Origin: Nemertoderma westbladi
Taxonomy: Eukaryota; Animalia; Xenacoelomorpha
DNA: 64,000 nucleotides
NCBI GenBank assembly: GCA_032718475.1
Contig: JAUCBJ010009109.1
Location: 62,001 to 126,000 of the forward strand
Direction: 5' to 3'
A program made the position numbers and the translations under genes. Shown here in pieces: positions 39,251 through 51,472 of this stretch; position 1 is the first letter of the stretch, and each line of letters starts with the position of its first letter. A model generated the notes under the pieces. The model made no database searches. It was not told where the DNA came from and saw only the letters and a program-made list of their open reading frames with translations.

Positions 39251-40423
39251 ATGCGATCTAGAACAACGATTTATCTTCTTGTTGCTTCAGTTTTTATTTT
39301 AATCCTGTTGCGCTTTATATTTTTCACTGGCAAAATAAAACTCGAGTGGATTTTACCAGAGTTACCCAATAACTTCCATCCCATTAAGGAAACCCCATCA
39401 GGGCAACTACGCTATGTTGTACAAGATTGGGCAAGTTGTTTAAAGCACTTGGAAACTGCTGATAAATTAAAGAACTCATTCCATGTTGCAATGGTTGCCT
39501 GTGGAAACCAAAGTACCCAAGACGCTGTCATATTAATTAAAAGTTTAATTATAGAAAAATCAAACAACCACATTATATTCCATTTACTTACTGATAATTT
39601 AACCCAGATTAATAGAAATGTTGACAACCTCTTTGACAAATGTGACAGTTCCAGCGGTAATTTTAACTTTTGCGTAAAATTATACGACATTAAGCGAGTC
39701 GACATTCCGATGGATTTGACGGGAATCTTTAAGCCGTGTTCGGCCTACCGACTCTTCCTTCCTTCGATTCTCCCCAACTGCGATCGCGTCGTCTACCTGG
39801 ATTCGGACACTGTCGCCGTATCGGCGACTACCATCGAGGAACTTTGGGCCGAGTTCGAGGGGTGGAACTCCAGCCATCTGGTGGGCGCAGCTAGGGAGAA
39901 CGAGATCGCCATGTACAGCTGGTACGCGGTATCGGCTAGACACCCCTACTTCGGTTCCTATGGAATAAACTCTGGAGTCCTCCTAATGGATCTAACTCGC
40001 ATGAGGGAACAACGATTTACCGAACTAATACCCCCTATCTACAACAGGTACCACTCAGTTATTCCTTTCGGTGACCAAGATATCCTCAACATCATCCTCC
40101 ATCTCCACCCCCATTGGGTTCGCATACTACCTTGCCAACTGAACTTCCGACCTACACATTGTCTGCACTCAACCTGCTACCTCACTGATACACCCGTTAA
40201 ACTGTTACACGGTAGTAACGACGCCTTCCACAGTGACCTGGATTTGTTCTATTTTACTCATACTTTCCTACAAAAAACTAATATTTGCGACTATCGGGAT
40301 GGCACTTTTAACTATAATTTGATTAGCAATGTTTCCCGAACTCTTGGTCGAGATAGATGCAATGACAGTGAACTATTAACTCTGGGAAAGGATGACCAAT
40401 TATTACCCAAATCTATAACATAA
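39251..40423 (+). CDS. GXYLT: Glucoside xylosyltransferase (GT8, GXYLT1/2 / shams-like), intronless
   Basis: N-terminal signal anchor; FKPCSAYRLFLP, YLDSD (DxD), ARHPYFGSYGINSGVLLMDLTRMR, FGDQDILNI, PCQLNFRPTHC, LLHG. Confidence 0.92.
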   Translation: MRSRTTIYLLVASVFILILLRFIFFTGKIKLEWILPELPNNFHPIKETPSGQLRYVVQDWASCLKHLETADKLKNSFHVAMVACGNQSTQDAVILIKSLIIEKSNNHIIFHLLTDNLTQINRNVDNLFDKCDSSSGNFNFCVKLYDIKRVDIPMDLTGIFKPCSAYRLFLPSILPNCDRVVYLDSDTVAVSATTIEELWAEFEGWNSSHLVGAARENEIAMYSWYAVSARHPYFGSYGINSGVLLMDLTRMREQRFTELIPPIYNRYHSVIPFGDQDILNIILHLHPHWVRILPCQLNFRPTHCLHSTCYLTDTPVKLLHGSNDAFHSDLDLFYFTHTFLQKTNICDYRDGTFNYNLISNVSRTLGRDRCNDSELLTLGKDDQLLPKSIT

Positions 40424-40525
40424 TACAGTAGTTTGTTGGTATGTAATATTTTTAGTCAGATGCAAATAGTTTTTTTTTTATTCCATTTGACCTTCACGTT
40501 TTTGAATTTCTATTCCGCGTTATAA

Positions 40526-40558
<33 letters not shown>

Positions 40559-41434
40559 ACGTTTAGTACAAAGGTCATGATACTTTAGTGCTTTCATACA
40601 AGTTTAAATTATGTAGTTTTATTCAAAATTGCAACATTACAAATATATTATTATAGCACTATGGCATTACAAATAACTGCGGGTTTTTTTTTTAAATTTT
40701 TTAAAAATAGAATAGAAATATAAAATACTAATACGTTTAAGTAGAAAAAAAAATGCGCCGATTAAAAAAAATCAACAATATCAACATACACCATGTCGAT
40801 TTAGTTAGATAAATAGTTTCATCTTCTCATCCGTGGGTTAGTCAGAATTTTTATCTTCGCTTTCATTCCTTAGCTATAAGGGTTTGAAAAAGATGTGTCC
40901 TCGCCGATATTGCACTATCAGTTACAGTTATAGTGTTTTGTTGGTACTGTTGTTAGAAAGCTGACCATGCAGGATTCCAAATCACAATCTGAATTTCGTG
41001 GAAAAATAGCTGATATATGAGTTTCGGTTTTGCACCATGTGCGTACAAGCTATTTTATTTTAATTAAAAAATATACCGTAGGCCTATTCTGGAACATTTT
41101 GTTTATCACATACGTAGCTGGGCAACAATGAAATGCCTATTTAATCATATCAAAATATGGGTGTAAACGTTACGCCGACAGCCGACAACCAAATCCGAAA
41201 ACCATTATTAACGGTAATTAAATTACAACAATAAAAAGAGCAATTTGGTGAAGAAAAATATTAATAAACTGTAATAATAATTTCTAAACGAATTTGAGCC
41301 TTGTGTTCTTTTAAACTCTATACTTATAAAATAAATTAAGAGTACATTATTTAAGCTTACATTATTTATGAACTATCTTTAACACCGATATAAGATTATT
41401 TAATACACTACCAATAATTTAAAGGTCACGCATG

Positions 41435-41868
41435 GGCCCATGTGAAGAATACCAGACTTTCTGCCGTTATATTTCACTTTGTTGCAGTTACCCTCATGTG
41501 AAGAATACCAGGTTTTCACCAAAAACACAGGTTACAGAAGGGCTGAATCTAACCAAAACAATAAACGAATTAGTATTTGTACAGGTTATAACGCCCATGT
41601 GAAGAATACCAGGATTTCACTTTTCGGTCCACTTTTTATTGGAATTTTATATATGAAGATTTTTATTTTTTTTAATTTATCTTTATTAAGTGTTTTATAG
41701 CGCTTATTTCTGTCTTATAACCTGTACATATACTAATTCGTTTATTGTTTTGGTTAGATTCAGCCCTTCTGTAACCTGTGTTTTTGGTGAAAACCTGGTA
41801 TTCTTCACATGGGGGTAACTGCAAAGTGAAATATAACGGCAGAAATTCTGGTATTCTTCACATGGGCG
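41435..41868. mobile_element. Nested palindromic MITE with 8-bp TSD (Merlin- or hAT-like)
   Basis: ~155-bp inverted arms starting GGCCCATGTGAAGAATACCAG; TSD CACGCATG at 41427-41434 and 41869-41876. Confidence 0.85.
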
Positions 41869-42929
41869 CACGCATGACGATATACTTGAAGAATACTTAC
41901 TATCCATAACACAGTAATGTTAATTGGAAGGTCAAGTTGCTTGACGATTACTGGCTATCCATAATATAGCAGTGATATTAGTAAGTAACCTTCTTTACAC
42001 TTCCAATATAATTGAAAGATCAATTTACTTAATAGCACTAGCTAGCTGCCTAACGAAACAGGCCGGCTCGGTTAAGCATTATTGGATTACTTTGCTTGTA
42101 ACATGCTTTTCCTTTCACTATGGTTACTAAAACACCACAACCCGCCAATAATGATGTAAACTTTCCAATTGGGCCCTTATGGGACTACTCAATGAATGTA
42201 TTGCATTCAATTGTACTGCATAAGAAGGGTACCAAACTAAAAAAATGTCACACAGTATACCATGTCCCGGAATATAGTGTCGTAATTCAGTGACACCCCC
42301 CCCCCCCCCTAATTTTTCTACAAATCTTATTGAGTTTGCATGAAATTAGAAACAGAGATAGTTTCACCTCCCGACCACTGACTGGGTGAGCCAGAATTTT
42401 TATTTTTGCTTTCATTCTTTAGCTACAAGCGTTTAAGAAAAGTGTCTCCGTCGATATTGCACCAGTCTCCACCGCAGTTATTCTTCAACCTTATAGTTAC
42501 AGTATCTGTTGGTACTGCTAGAAAGCTGGCCATGCAAGGATTCCAAATATGTAGCACAACCTGAATTTCGTTGAAAAATAGCTGAGGCGGGCGTTCAAAA
42601 GCTTGCATGGTTTTGCATCAGCGCTAGGCTATTTTATTATATTTAATAAATACACCATATTCTTAAAACAAATACAAATTCGGGTAAATCTATTCGACCT
42701 ACGCGTAGTTTGTAACTTCCATTCCTGTCATTTACCGGTAGGGCCAGACTTACTGCCTTTTTAACAACTACGCGTAGGTATTTTGTAACTACGCGTAGGT
42801 ATCCTGATAACAATGATTTTTCATTTCACGTCCGGTAGGGAATATGAAAGTATAAGTTGGTAGGCCTAAAGCCGTTATGTCAGTTTGTCCATTCATCAGT
42901 CTACAAATTGAAACAACAGTAGGCTAATG

Positions 42930-43100
42930 TTACTACTAGGATCGGCATGCTGCATTGCAGCTGCATTTTTAAGAATGCTGTGCCGGCTTGTCAACAAAAT
43001 TGCACCGCCACAACTCCCTATCACCCATGACATTTGCTAGATCATCCGCATCTTCAAGGCCAGTGTCCTTTAAGATGCGCCCCAAGAAAGTCATGGGCTG
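42930..43100 (-). mobile_element. RTE-like LINE 3' fragment
   Basis: Reverse complement matches the fragment at ~51290-51470 (KDTGLEDADD...MGDRELW; TAG-repeat tail). Confidence 0.65.
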
Positions 43101-43749
43101 AAAATGTGAATGAAAATGTATGATAAGTCGGTCAATCTTTTATGCCAAACTTAGTACACATGTAGTTTACCAAAAGTTTAGAAATTCTACACACAGAAAG
43201 ACTTTATAGTTCTACTGGACTTACGTGTGCGCGAAGGCCAAATGAACGCGTTTATTGTATATGTAAATATCACAAGATATTGTACTGTGATATGTGTACG
43301 ATATTATAACAAAGGGGTCTCTATTTCTCTCATATTTATTTAATGATATATGATAATATGTATAAAAAAGCAAACAAAACTAAAACTAACTGACTAACTA
43401 ACTACTGATCAACTTTAATTCTTTAATTAAAATCAGACTATGTATAAAAAACACACATTGCGAAAACGGATTTCTGTAATTTCTGATATGAAAAATATAG
43501 GTTTTTACTACAATGTATTTAATTAATATATTCAGTTTCATTAAGCTATTCAAAGCAATGCATGCAATATAAAAATATACAGAATACAAGATAGACGTAA
43601 TACAAAAGTATTAAAATGGCATTGCATTACACAATTTGAAGGCAGAGGCTGTAGTAGAGGAAGAACTCAGCAATAATGGTTAGACCAAAAGTGTAACAAT
43701 TTTTTTAACTATATGTAATAATATGTAATTAATGTAAAAATAATACTAA

Positions 43750-45920
43750 ATAAATTTTTTGGCGTCCTTCTTGTCCGCAAGTTTCTTTCATGCTTGCCAA
43801 CCAGTTGATATATGGGACTTGGTTTTGCTTCTTTGGGCAAAACCAATTCCCATAGTACTGGCTATGACCAGTATCGGCAGTAAGGAACTGATTGCATGTG
43901 CTACAAGCATGGTACTTGCGGACCTTGGGAGGATCTTGTTGTGTAGGTACAGCTCCCTGCCTTTCGTTTTCGCCAATTGCTGGTACGACTAGACGAGGAT
44001 GGTTGATGTGGAGTGAGAATGGGGTGGGGGTGTGGGTGGTTGTAAGTAGGTGTGTATTGGTGTGTGTGTGATTGCGGGTAAGTAATGTACGAATGGGGGG
44101 GGTGGTGGTTGGGATGGGTGTGGGAGTGTGTGAGTTGGAGGGTGAGTGAGATAGGAGCTCTGTTGCCTATTGTATGCTTGAGGGTGTTGGTCAGTGTAAG
44201 GCTGTGGGGGAATGTAGTGTTGCGGTGTGTAGTGAGCCTGGTTTGGATAGTGAATGTCGTAATGAGACTGGGTGAGGTATGGGTGTGATGAATGTGGGTG
44301 GTAGGGTGTAGTGGGGATCTGATGTGATGGCTGTTGATGGTAGGGTGTAGTGGGGATCTGATGTGATGGCTGTGGGTGGTAGGGTGTAGTGGGGATCTGA
44401 TGTGATGGCTGTTGGTGGTAGGGTGTAGTGGGGATCTGATGTGATGGCTGTTGGTGGTAGGGTGTAGTGGGGATCTGATGTGATGGCAGTGGGTGGTAGG
44501 GTGTAGTGGGGATCTGATGTGAGGGCTCTGGGTGGTAGGGTGTAGTGGGGATCTGATGTGATGGCTGTGGGTGGTAGGGTCTAGTGGGGATCTGATGTGA
44601 TGGCTGTGGGTGGTAAGGTGTAGTGGGGATCTGATGTGATGGCTGTGGGTGGTAGGGTGTAGTGGGGATCTGATGTGATGGCTGTGGGTGGTAGGGTGTA
44701 GTGGGGATCTGATGTGATGGCAGTGGGTGGTAGGGTGTAGTGGGGATCTGATGTGAGGGCTCTGGGTGGTAGGGTGTAGTGGGGATCTGATGTGATGGCT
44801 GTGGGTGGTAGGGTCTAGTGGGGATCTGATGTGATGGCTGTGGGTGGTAAGGTGTAGTGGGGATCTGATGTGATGGCTGTGGGTGGTAGGGTCTAGTGGG
44901 GATCTGATGTGATGGCTGTGGGTGGTAAGGTGTAGTGGGGATCTGATGTGATGGCTGTGGGTGGTAGGGTGTAGTGGGGATCTGATGTGATGGTTGTGGG
45001 TGGTAGGGTGTAGTGGGGATCTGATGTGATGGCTGTGGGTGGTAGGGTGTAGTGGGGATCTGATGTGATGGTTGTGGGTGGTAGGGTGTAGTGGGGATCT
45101 GATGTGATGGCTGTGGGTGGTAGGGTGTAGTGGGGATCTGATGTGATGGCTGTGGGTGGTAGGGTGTAGTGGGGATCTGATGTGATGGCTGTGGGTGGTA
45201 GGGTGTAGTGGGGATCTGATGTGGAAGGGAAGCAATTGCCAGTGGCGGTTGGGATGTTTGCTTCCGAATGCGTACGTTTGCAATTCCTCCTACATCCAAG
45301 GGGTCATGTAAGGTCACGGGGTTGGCTGGTTGTTGCAGCTGCTCTGGTGGTGGTAGTGGTGGAAGCTGTCCTTCACTAGATGGTTGTGGGGCTGAACTCT
45401 CCAAACCAAAATTGGTTTCAAGTGCTCTGGCCTGATCCCGTTTGGTCTGCTTGTCAAACCATAGCTTCAGGGTCTGCTCATTGACATTGTATAATACCAA
45501 GGAACAGCCATCAGCTATAGGGGCACAGTGCGCAATTCGATTTCGGATTTTAGTGTAATGTTTTACCATTAAACGCCATCGCGAAAAAAATTTGCGCCCT
45601 GTGTCTGTAGTGACACGTTGACCATCCGGGTACAGCTCACCTAGTCGGATAAACACAGCCTTCACCACCCTACTAAGCGCTGGGCTTAGAGCAGGTGTTC
45701 CACCAGATAGGAAACAACGCCGCATTGCCTCAACGCCAGTGTTACCCAACCCTTTCTTTTGCCGGAATCCCCCTCGACGAACTACAATACTTGGCTGAAA
45801 CTGGAGATTCTTTTTATCAAACACTGTTAAACAGTTGAATTGTTTTATAATAAGATCCGCATCTCTGATAGACACTGCCAATCCCTCCATAGAGACCAAA
45901 GTCTCAGCCAAATCCACCAC
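43750..45920 (-). pseudogene. 3' part of a transposon-associated gene (C-terminus resembling DUF6729-type putative transposases), 5'-truncated and frameshifted
   Basis: GVEAMRRCFL..PA..P..SRVVKAVFIRL...YP...SRWRLMVKHYTKIR...LYNVNEQTLKLWF; Pro-rich repeat; then in shifted frames SRTSNWRKRK and CSTCNQFLTADTGHSQYYGNWFCP...YINWLASM (C2HC finger). Confidence 0.65.
44290..45225 (-). repeat. 39-bp coding minisatellite (~24 x PTTPYHPQPSHQI)
   Basis: Plus-strand unit GTGGGTGGTAGGGTGTAGTGGGGATCTGATGTGATGGCT, in frame within ORF 43989-45920. Confidence 0.95.
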
Positions 45921-46349
45921 TTTATCCCAACCAGGAAGAGAGTCTTTATGAAGAAATTAGCAAGTGATACACACTGGACGCAGCAAGTTATTATAAAGGA
46001 TAATTGTTCTATCCCCATTGATCTACCAGAGAAGAAGATCCCTGAAGGTCTCTCAGTAGAGCGCCAGTGGTACCTGTATGACGTCATAAGACCGCACTGT
46101 CGCTCTGAACTTACAAAGGAACTATTCTGTAGTAAGCTAAAGGTTTCAAGACCAACGAAAGTTATTGCGACCATTGAGGGTCCATCCACTTCTTCAGCTT
46201 CAGCTGCTGTGGTCAAACAGACTAAAGGGAGAGCGAAAAAGTGTGGGGAAGAACCGTCCACCTCCGCAGCCACCACCAATGCAACTGAGCGTGACGGAGC
46301 GCCAGTAGTAAAACGGAGGAGAGGAAGGCCGAAAAAGACAAACAACTAG
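45915..46349 (+). pseudogene. C-terminal fragment of a Sola-type transposase with AT-hook
   Basis: HHF...LPEKKIPEGLSVERQWYLYDVIRPHC...KELFC, which I recognise as a Sola-type transposase C-terminus; ends KRRRGRPKK. Confidence 0.65.
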
Positions 46350-49300
46350 TAGCATAAATAACTAAAGAAATAACTTACTAAAGAAATAAATAACTAGGCC
46401 TAATGACTAAGAACTAATATTAATAATTGTCATGAACTACAATTTTGAATTTGAATTATATATAATAATATCTAATGATTGTGACCATAAGTCATTTTGA
46501 AAGATCAAACAAAATATATATAACTTTTATGTAGAATTTAGCGATCTTATGGTTGCATATTATATAGTATTATGTATAATCATATTCTATATAACTCCAG
46601 CAATTTCTACACTTTAGCCAAATCGGGAAATCCTTGGTAGGACTGGTCATATGGATGCACAACACATTTTGATGATATAAGAATATTTAATTAGTTATGT
46701 ATACTATATCTATATAACTTTATATATGTATTTGGTTTGTTTTAGGACTGTTACTAAGATAAAACATTTCCATTTTTAATTAAACATCAAATTTCACGTT
46801 TTTGCCTAACGGACCTACACCCTATCACAACATTTAATGAATTAAAATTGTTTTTACTAACTAGTAAACATCATTATGTGCAAATATCACGATTTAGAGT
46901 TATGACCGCTGATCATAGTACCAAACGAGAGAGAGCGAGCTTTGTTGAATAAGAAACGAAGTATGAAATTTTGATACATTACATTAAATTATCACAACTA
47001 AAAATGCTAAATAATAAATTAATCACATTAATATTGTAACATTTATATCAATTTACGCTATTAATTGCAGACTACAACTACCACTAACTAGACCTAAACT
47101 TATAGCTGTTGTTATAAAATAATGAATGTCCTCACGCTTTTAAAAAATTTTAATATTAATAAGCTAAATATTATCATCTGCAACTTGAGCTGTATTCTAT
47201 TTCTCTATTTATTCCAGCATATTTGACCTTTGGCCTCTGAAAAAATATGCTTTTACAATCCCTCGAATATACGGATAAAAAGTTGGACAAAAAATAATTA
47301 TTTATGTAAAAGAATAGTCATTTTTCAAAATTAACAAAATTCATATAAGTTTGAGATAAAATATGCAGCCATATTACAAATTTATAAATCAAATTCCTAA
47401 ATTCCATAAAACTGTATCTTTGATAAACATTTGTTATTTTATTTGCTATAATTATATTGCATTTTCGTTTCCTTTAAGTTTTAAATTCATGAAATAATTA
47501 ATGATATTGTATTAATTATCCAAAATATAACTTAAAAAAAACATAATAATAGTTATAATAATATGACATGCAACCATAAGACATGTCAACTGCTAATGGC
47601 TGCATGATTTATTTAAACTATATTTCAGATTGAGTTTTGGTGTATTGGAAGGTTTGAGGTACTTGAAGTTTTAGCATTATTCTTTATAAACCTTTCCTAC
47701 TAAATATACCGAATAATGTTGAAATTTAATAGGCAGCCATATAAATCATTATAAAGAAAAATTTATACAATAATTACATTATCACATTAGATACAACTAT
47801 TATTGTATTTTTCTTTTTATTCATATTTTAAATTGATAAAATAATATTTCATAATGTTTTAATTAAAGAAATAAGGCTTTTAAAATACATATATAATATT
47901 ATTTTATTTATTTGTAATAATTATATGGAATTAATTTCGCACAAACAAATCGCCAGAGCGACATATTTTCCAGCTTTATACCGCAGTGCGACATGTGCGC
48001 AGTGCACATTAGTTATGAAATAAGACATGCAACCATAATACAGTCCCAGTGCTTAAGGCTGCATGTTTTATTTAAACTTTACTTTTGAAGCGAGTTTGTA
48101 GGTAATGGTTGTTTGAACATTGAACTAAGTAGATATTTCTCGAATAATTCCAGAAAATTCAGATTTATTTTAATTTTAACATATTAATTCTGACTTTCTG
48201 ACCGTTTGTCTGTTGATCTGTTTTACATAATATAGTATCTCTCAACCCATAGCAAAAACCTATGGCATGGAGTTTTCCTAGTCTGTGATTTCATTCCCGA
48301 TTACGGTTTTCATGTTTGGTGGCATCTAGACTGTCTGTATGTCTGTCCGTTTGCCTGCCTATGTGTCTGTCAAAATATAATATTTCACCATACAAAGCTA
48401 AAATCTTGGGCATCTGTGTTTTATCGTTATCAGACTTCATTTTTAGTGGCATATAAACTGTTTTCGATCAGTCTTACATAATTAAATTTCGACCACAAGT
48501 TATTATATCCCAGAATACAGGAGTTTTCGCACCAAATATACTTTTTTTACCGCCCCAAATAGGTAAAATAGCCCCAAATTTCAGTTAGTCAGTTAGTCAG
48601 TCAGTCAGCAACGATTCGGTTCCTAATAACGGATCTACTGATAGCTAAATTATAATTACTTAGTCAAGCTGATAAACCCAGAATTGCTAATTAAAGTTGT
48701 GTGGTTTAGCGGATCACATTACTTATCAAAGGTCAAGCAGATTATTGTATTGGAAACCGATTGCTTATTAGAGTTGTTTTCATCCAAACCCAGTAGCTAA
48801 TACACGGATTACGTATTACGCACGTGCTGTAGGAATGAATATAAGTCACTGCAAACAAGTATTGTACTTTCTGTTTTGGTCGGCCTCCACCATACGAGTT
48901 TCGAATTATGTTTTTTTTTTGAGAAGCCGTTCTGTAGTGCAGATGATCGTTGGATCCACTAATATGACATGCAACCATAAGACAGCTCCATTGCTTATGG
49001 CTGCATGTTTTATTTAAACTTCATCTCATACATGAATCTACATGCAATGGGTGGTATATCTAAATAGATTGAGGCACTTGAATTAAGGTTGAAATATGAT
49101 ATACAGCCGTATAACAGTGTAATTAGACTTAAAATAAACCTAATATTATTTAAAATAAGACATGCAACGCAATGCATTGCAATTTCCAGTGCTTATTTCA
49201 AGTTCCATGCACATTTTATTAAACTATATTCCATTCTAGAGTTTGTAATGTAGTTCGTGGGGGCTGGTTTATCTAAATAGATATTATTCTCAGAAAAGTT

Positions 49301-50984
49301 CGAGTAATTTCGATTTAATTAAAATTTTCATTTTGCTATTGGAATAACTAGGAATATTGATGTAATTAATATCCAATTTAATTTGTATCACTAATTAATT
49401 GCAGTTATTACAACAAAGTTTCGGTAAACAATCATAAACTTAGCATATAATGGTTGCTATAAAGCTAGAGTTCAGATTTTATTTACGGTATCAATTTTCA
49501 TGTTTGGCAGCGTTTGTAAAGTTTTATGTCTGTCCGTTTGTCAGTCGATCTGTCTGTCAAAATACAATATGACACCCTACAAAGCTAAAATCCTGGGAAA
49601 TTCTGCTTTCTTGGATTCTGACTTAATTTACGGTAGCAGTTTTCATGTTTGGAAGCATTTTTACAGTTTGTATACCTCTGTCTGTTTGTCAGTCGATCTG
49701 TCTGTCAAAATACAATATGACACCCTACAAATCTTAAATCTTGGGAATGTATGTTTTTTTGGACTCTGACTTCATTTACGGTATCAGTTTTCATGTTTGG
49801 CAGCATTTGTAAAGTTTGTATGTCTGTCCGTTTGTCAGTCGATCTATTAGTCCGGTAGTTTCAGAGATGTATTCTAAAGCTTTGAACTTTGGGTCATGTG
49901 CCCTTTCTACTGCAACCGTCCCATTTGTCTATCTTTTGTCTCTCTGTACCAATATTTAGTGTGAAGTTTGTGCTATCTAGCCAGAGAACCTGTGGTTAGT
50001 GAGAACTAAAAATACGGCGCCTGTCCTTTCTCAAAATTAACTATAGATTATATAAAACATGCAGCCATAAAACCAATTCATTGCAGTTATTAATTAAACA
50101 GACTCTTTGATGAAATTAGTAACTACAAATTATTGTACTTTCATTTCTTTTATATTCTCAAGGGATTAAATCATTTAAATAATTCAACTAACTAACTAAT
50201 TTAACCATTTATAATATTGTATTAATTAATTGACCAAAATATGACATAAAAAAAACATAATAATTATTATTATAATATGACATGCAACCATAAGACAGCC
50301 CCATTACTTAAGGCTGCATGTTTTATTTAAACTTTATCTCAGACGTGAGTTTACATGTAATGGCTGGTTTATCTAAATAGATTGAGACACTTGAATTAAG
50401 GTTGAAATATGATATGTAACCGTATAACAGTATAATAAGACTTAAAATAAACCTAATATTATTTATAATAATGCATGCAACTGTATTGAAAGTTCTAGTG
50501 CTTATGGCTGCACGTTTTATTTAAACTGTATTCCAGAAAAGAGTTGTAATTTAATGTGGGCTGGTTTATCTAAACAGATAATTCTCAGAAAAGTTCGAGT
50601 AATTCCGATTTTTTTAAAGTTTTCATTACTTGATATTGGAATAATTAGGAATATTGATGTAATTCATATCCAATTTAATTTGTATCACTAATTAATTGCA
50701 GTTATTACAACAATGTTACGGTAAACAATTATAAAATTAGCATATAATAGTTGCTATGAAGCTATGCAGAAGAAACAGACGTGTTTAAGAGATTATTATT
50801 ACTAAGTTAGTGATAGTTAGTTATAGAAGTATAAGTACGTTCGTCCTATAGGCCGCAACGCTGCAATAAGGTACTTTACTGCGTTAAGAGTAAAACACCA
50901 GAACTCTGAAAAGTTCGCATAATATTGTTGCAAATGTACAAATTGTTGATATCACACGTGAACCTTTTAGAGTTTATTTAGGGC

Positions 50985-51472
50985 AGCAGTAGAGACAGCC
51001 TTCTTAGATGGGAGTCCATGCTGGTCTCTGACTGACTGCAGAGTATACAAAACCTCTGGATGGCACATTCACAATAATGCTACGCCGGGGTCATTGTGTC
51101 AAGAAGAACGAACACATCTCCATAACCAGACTGTGAACAACATCGGAAGTGTTTCATTAGTCTCCGAAAGCTTTTACTTGAACTGAGCTGCCACCGCCTT
51201 GTAGGACATTGCTTTCACCGTGTGGACCAGCCTGTGCATAATCTTGTGCTTTGGCGGCCTCATGGAACAACTATGTATGATGACTTTCCCATGACTTTCT
51301 TGAGACGCATTTTAAAGAACACTGGACTTGAAGATGCGGATGATGTAGCAAATGTCATGGGTGATAGGGAGTTGAGGTGGAGCAATTTTATCGACAAGCC
51401 GACACATCTTTCTTAATATTTGATATAATTAATGCAGCCGCAATGCAACATGCCGATAGTAGTATTAGTAGT
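50985..51472 (+). mobile_element. Degenerate RTE-like LINE 3' end (copy 1)
   Basis: DQPVHNLVLWRPHG...LKNTGLEDADDVANVMGDRELRW resembles an RTE RT C-terminus; TAGTAG tail. Confidence 0.65.
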
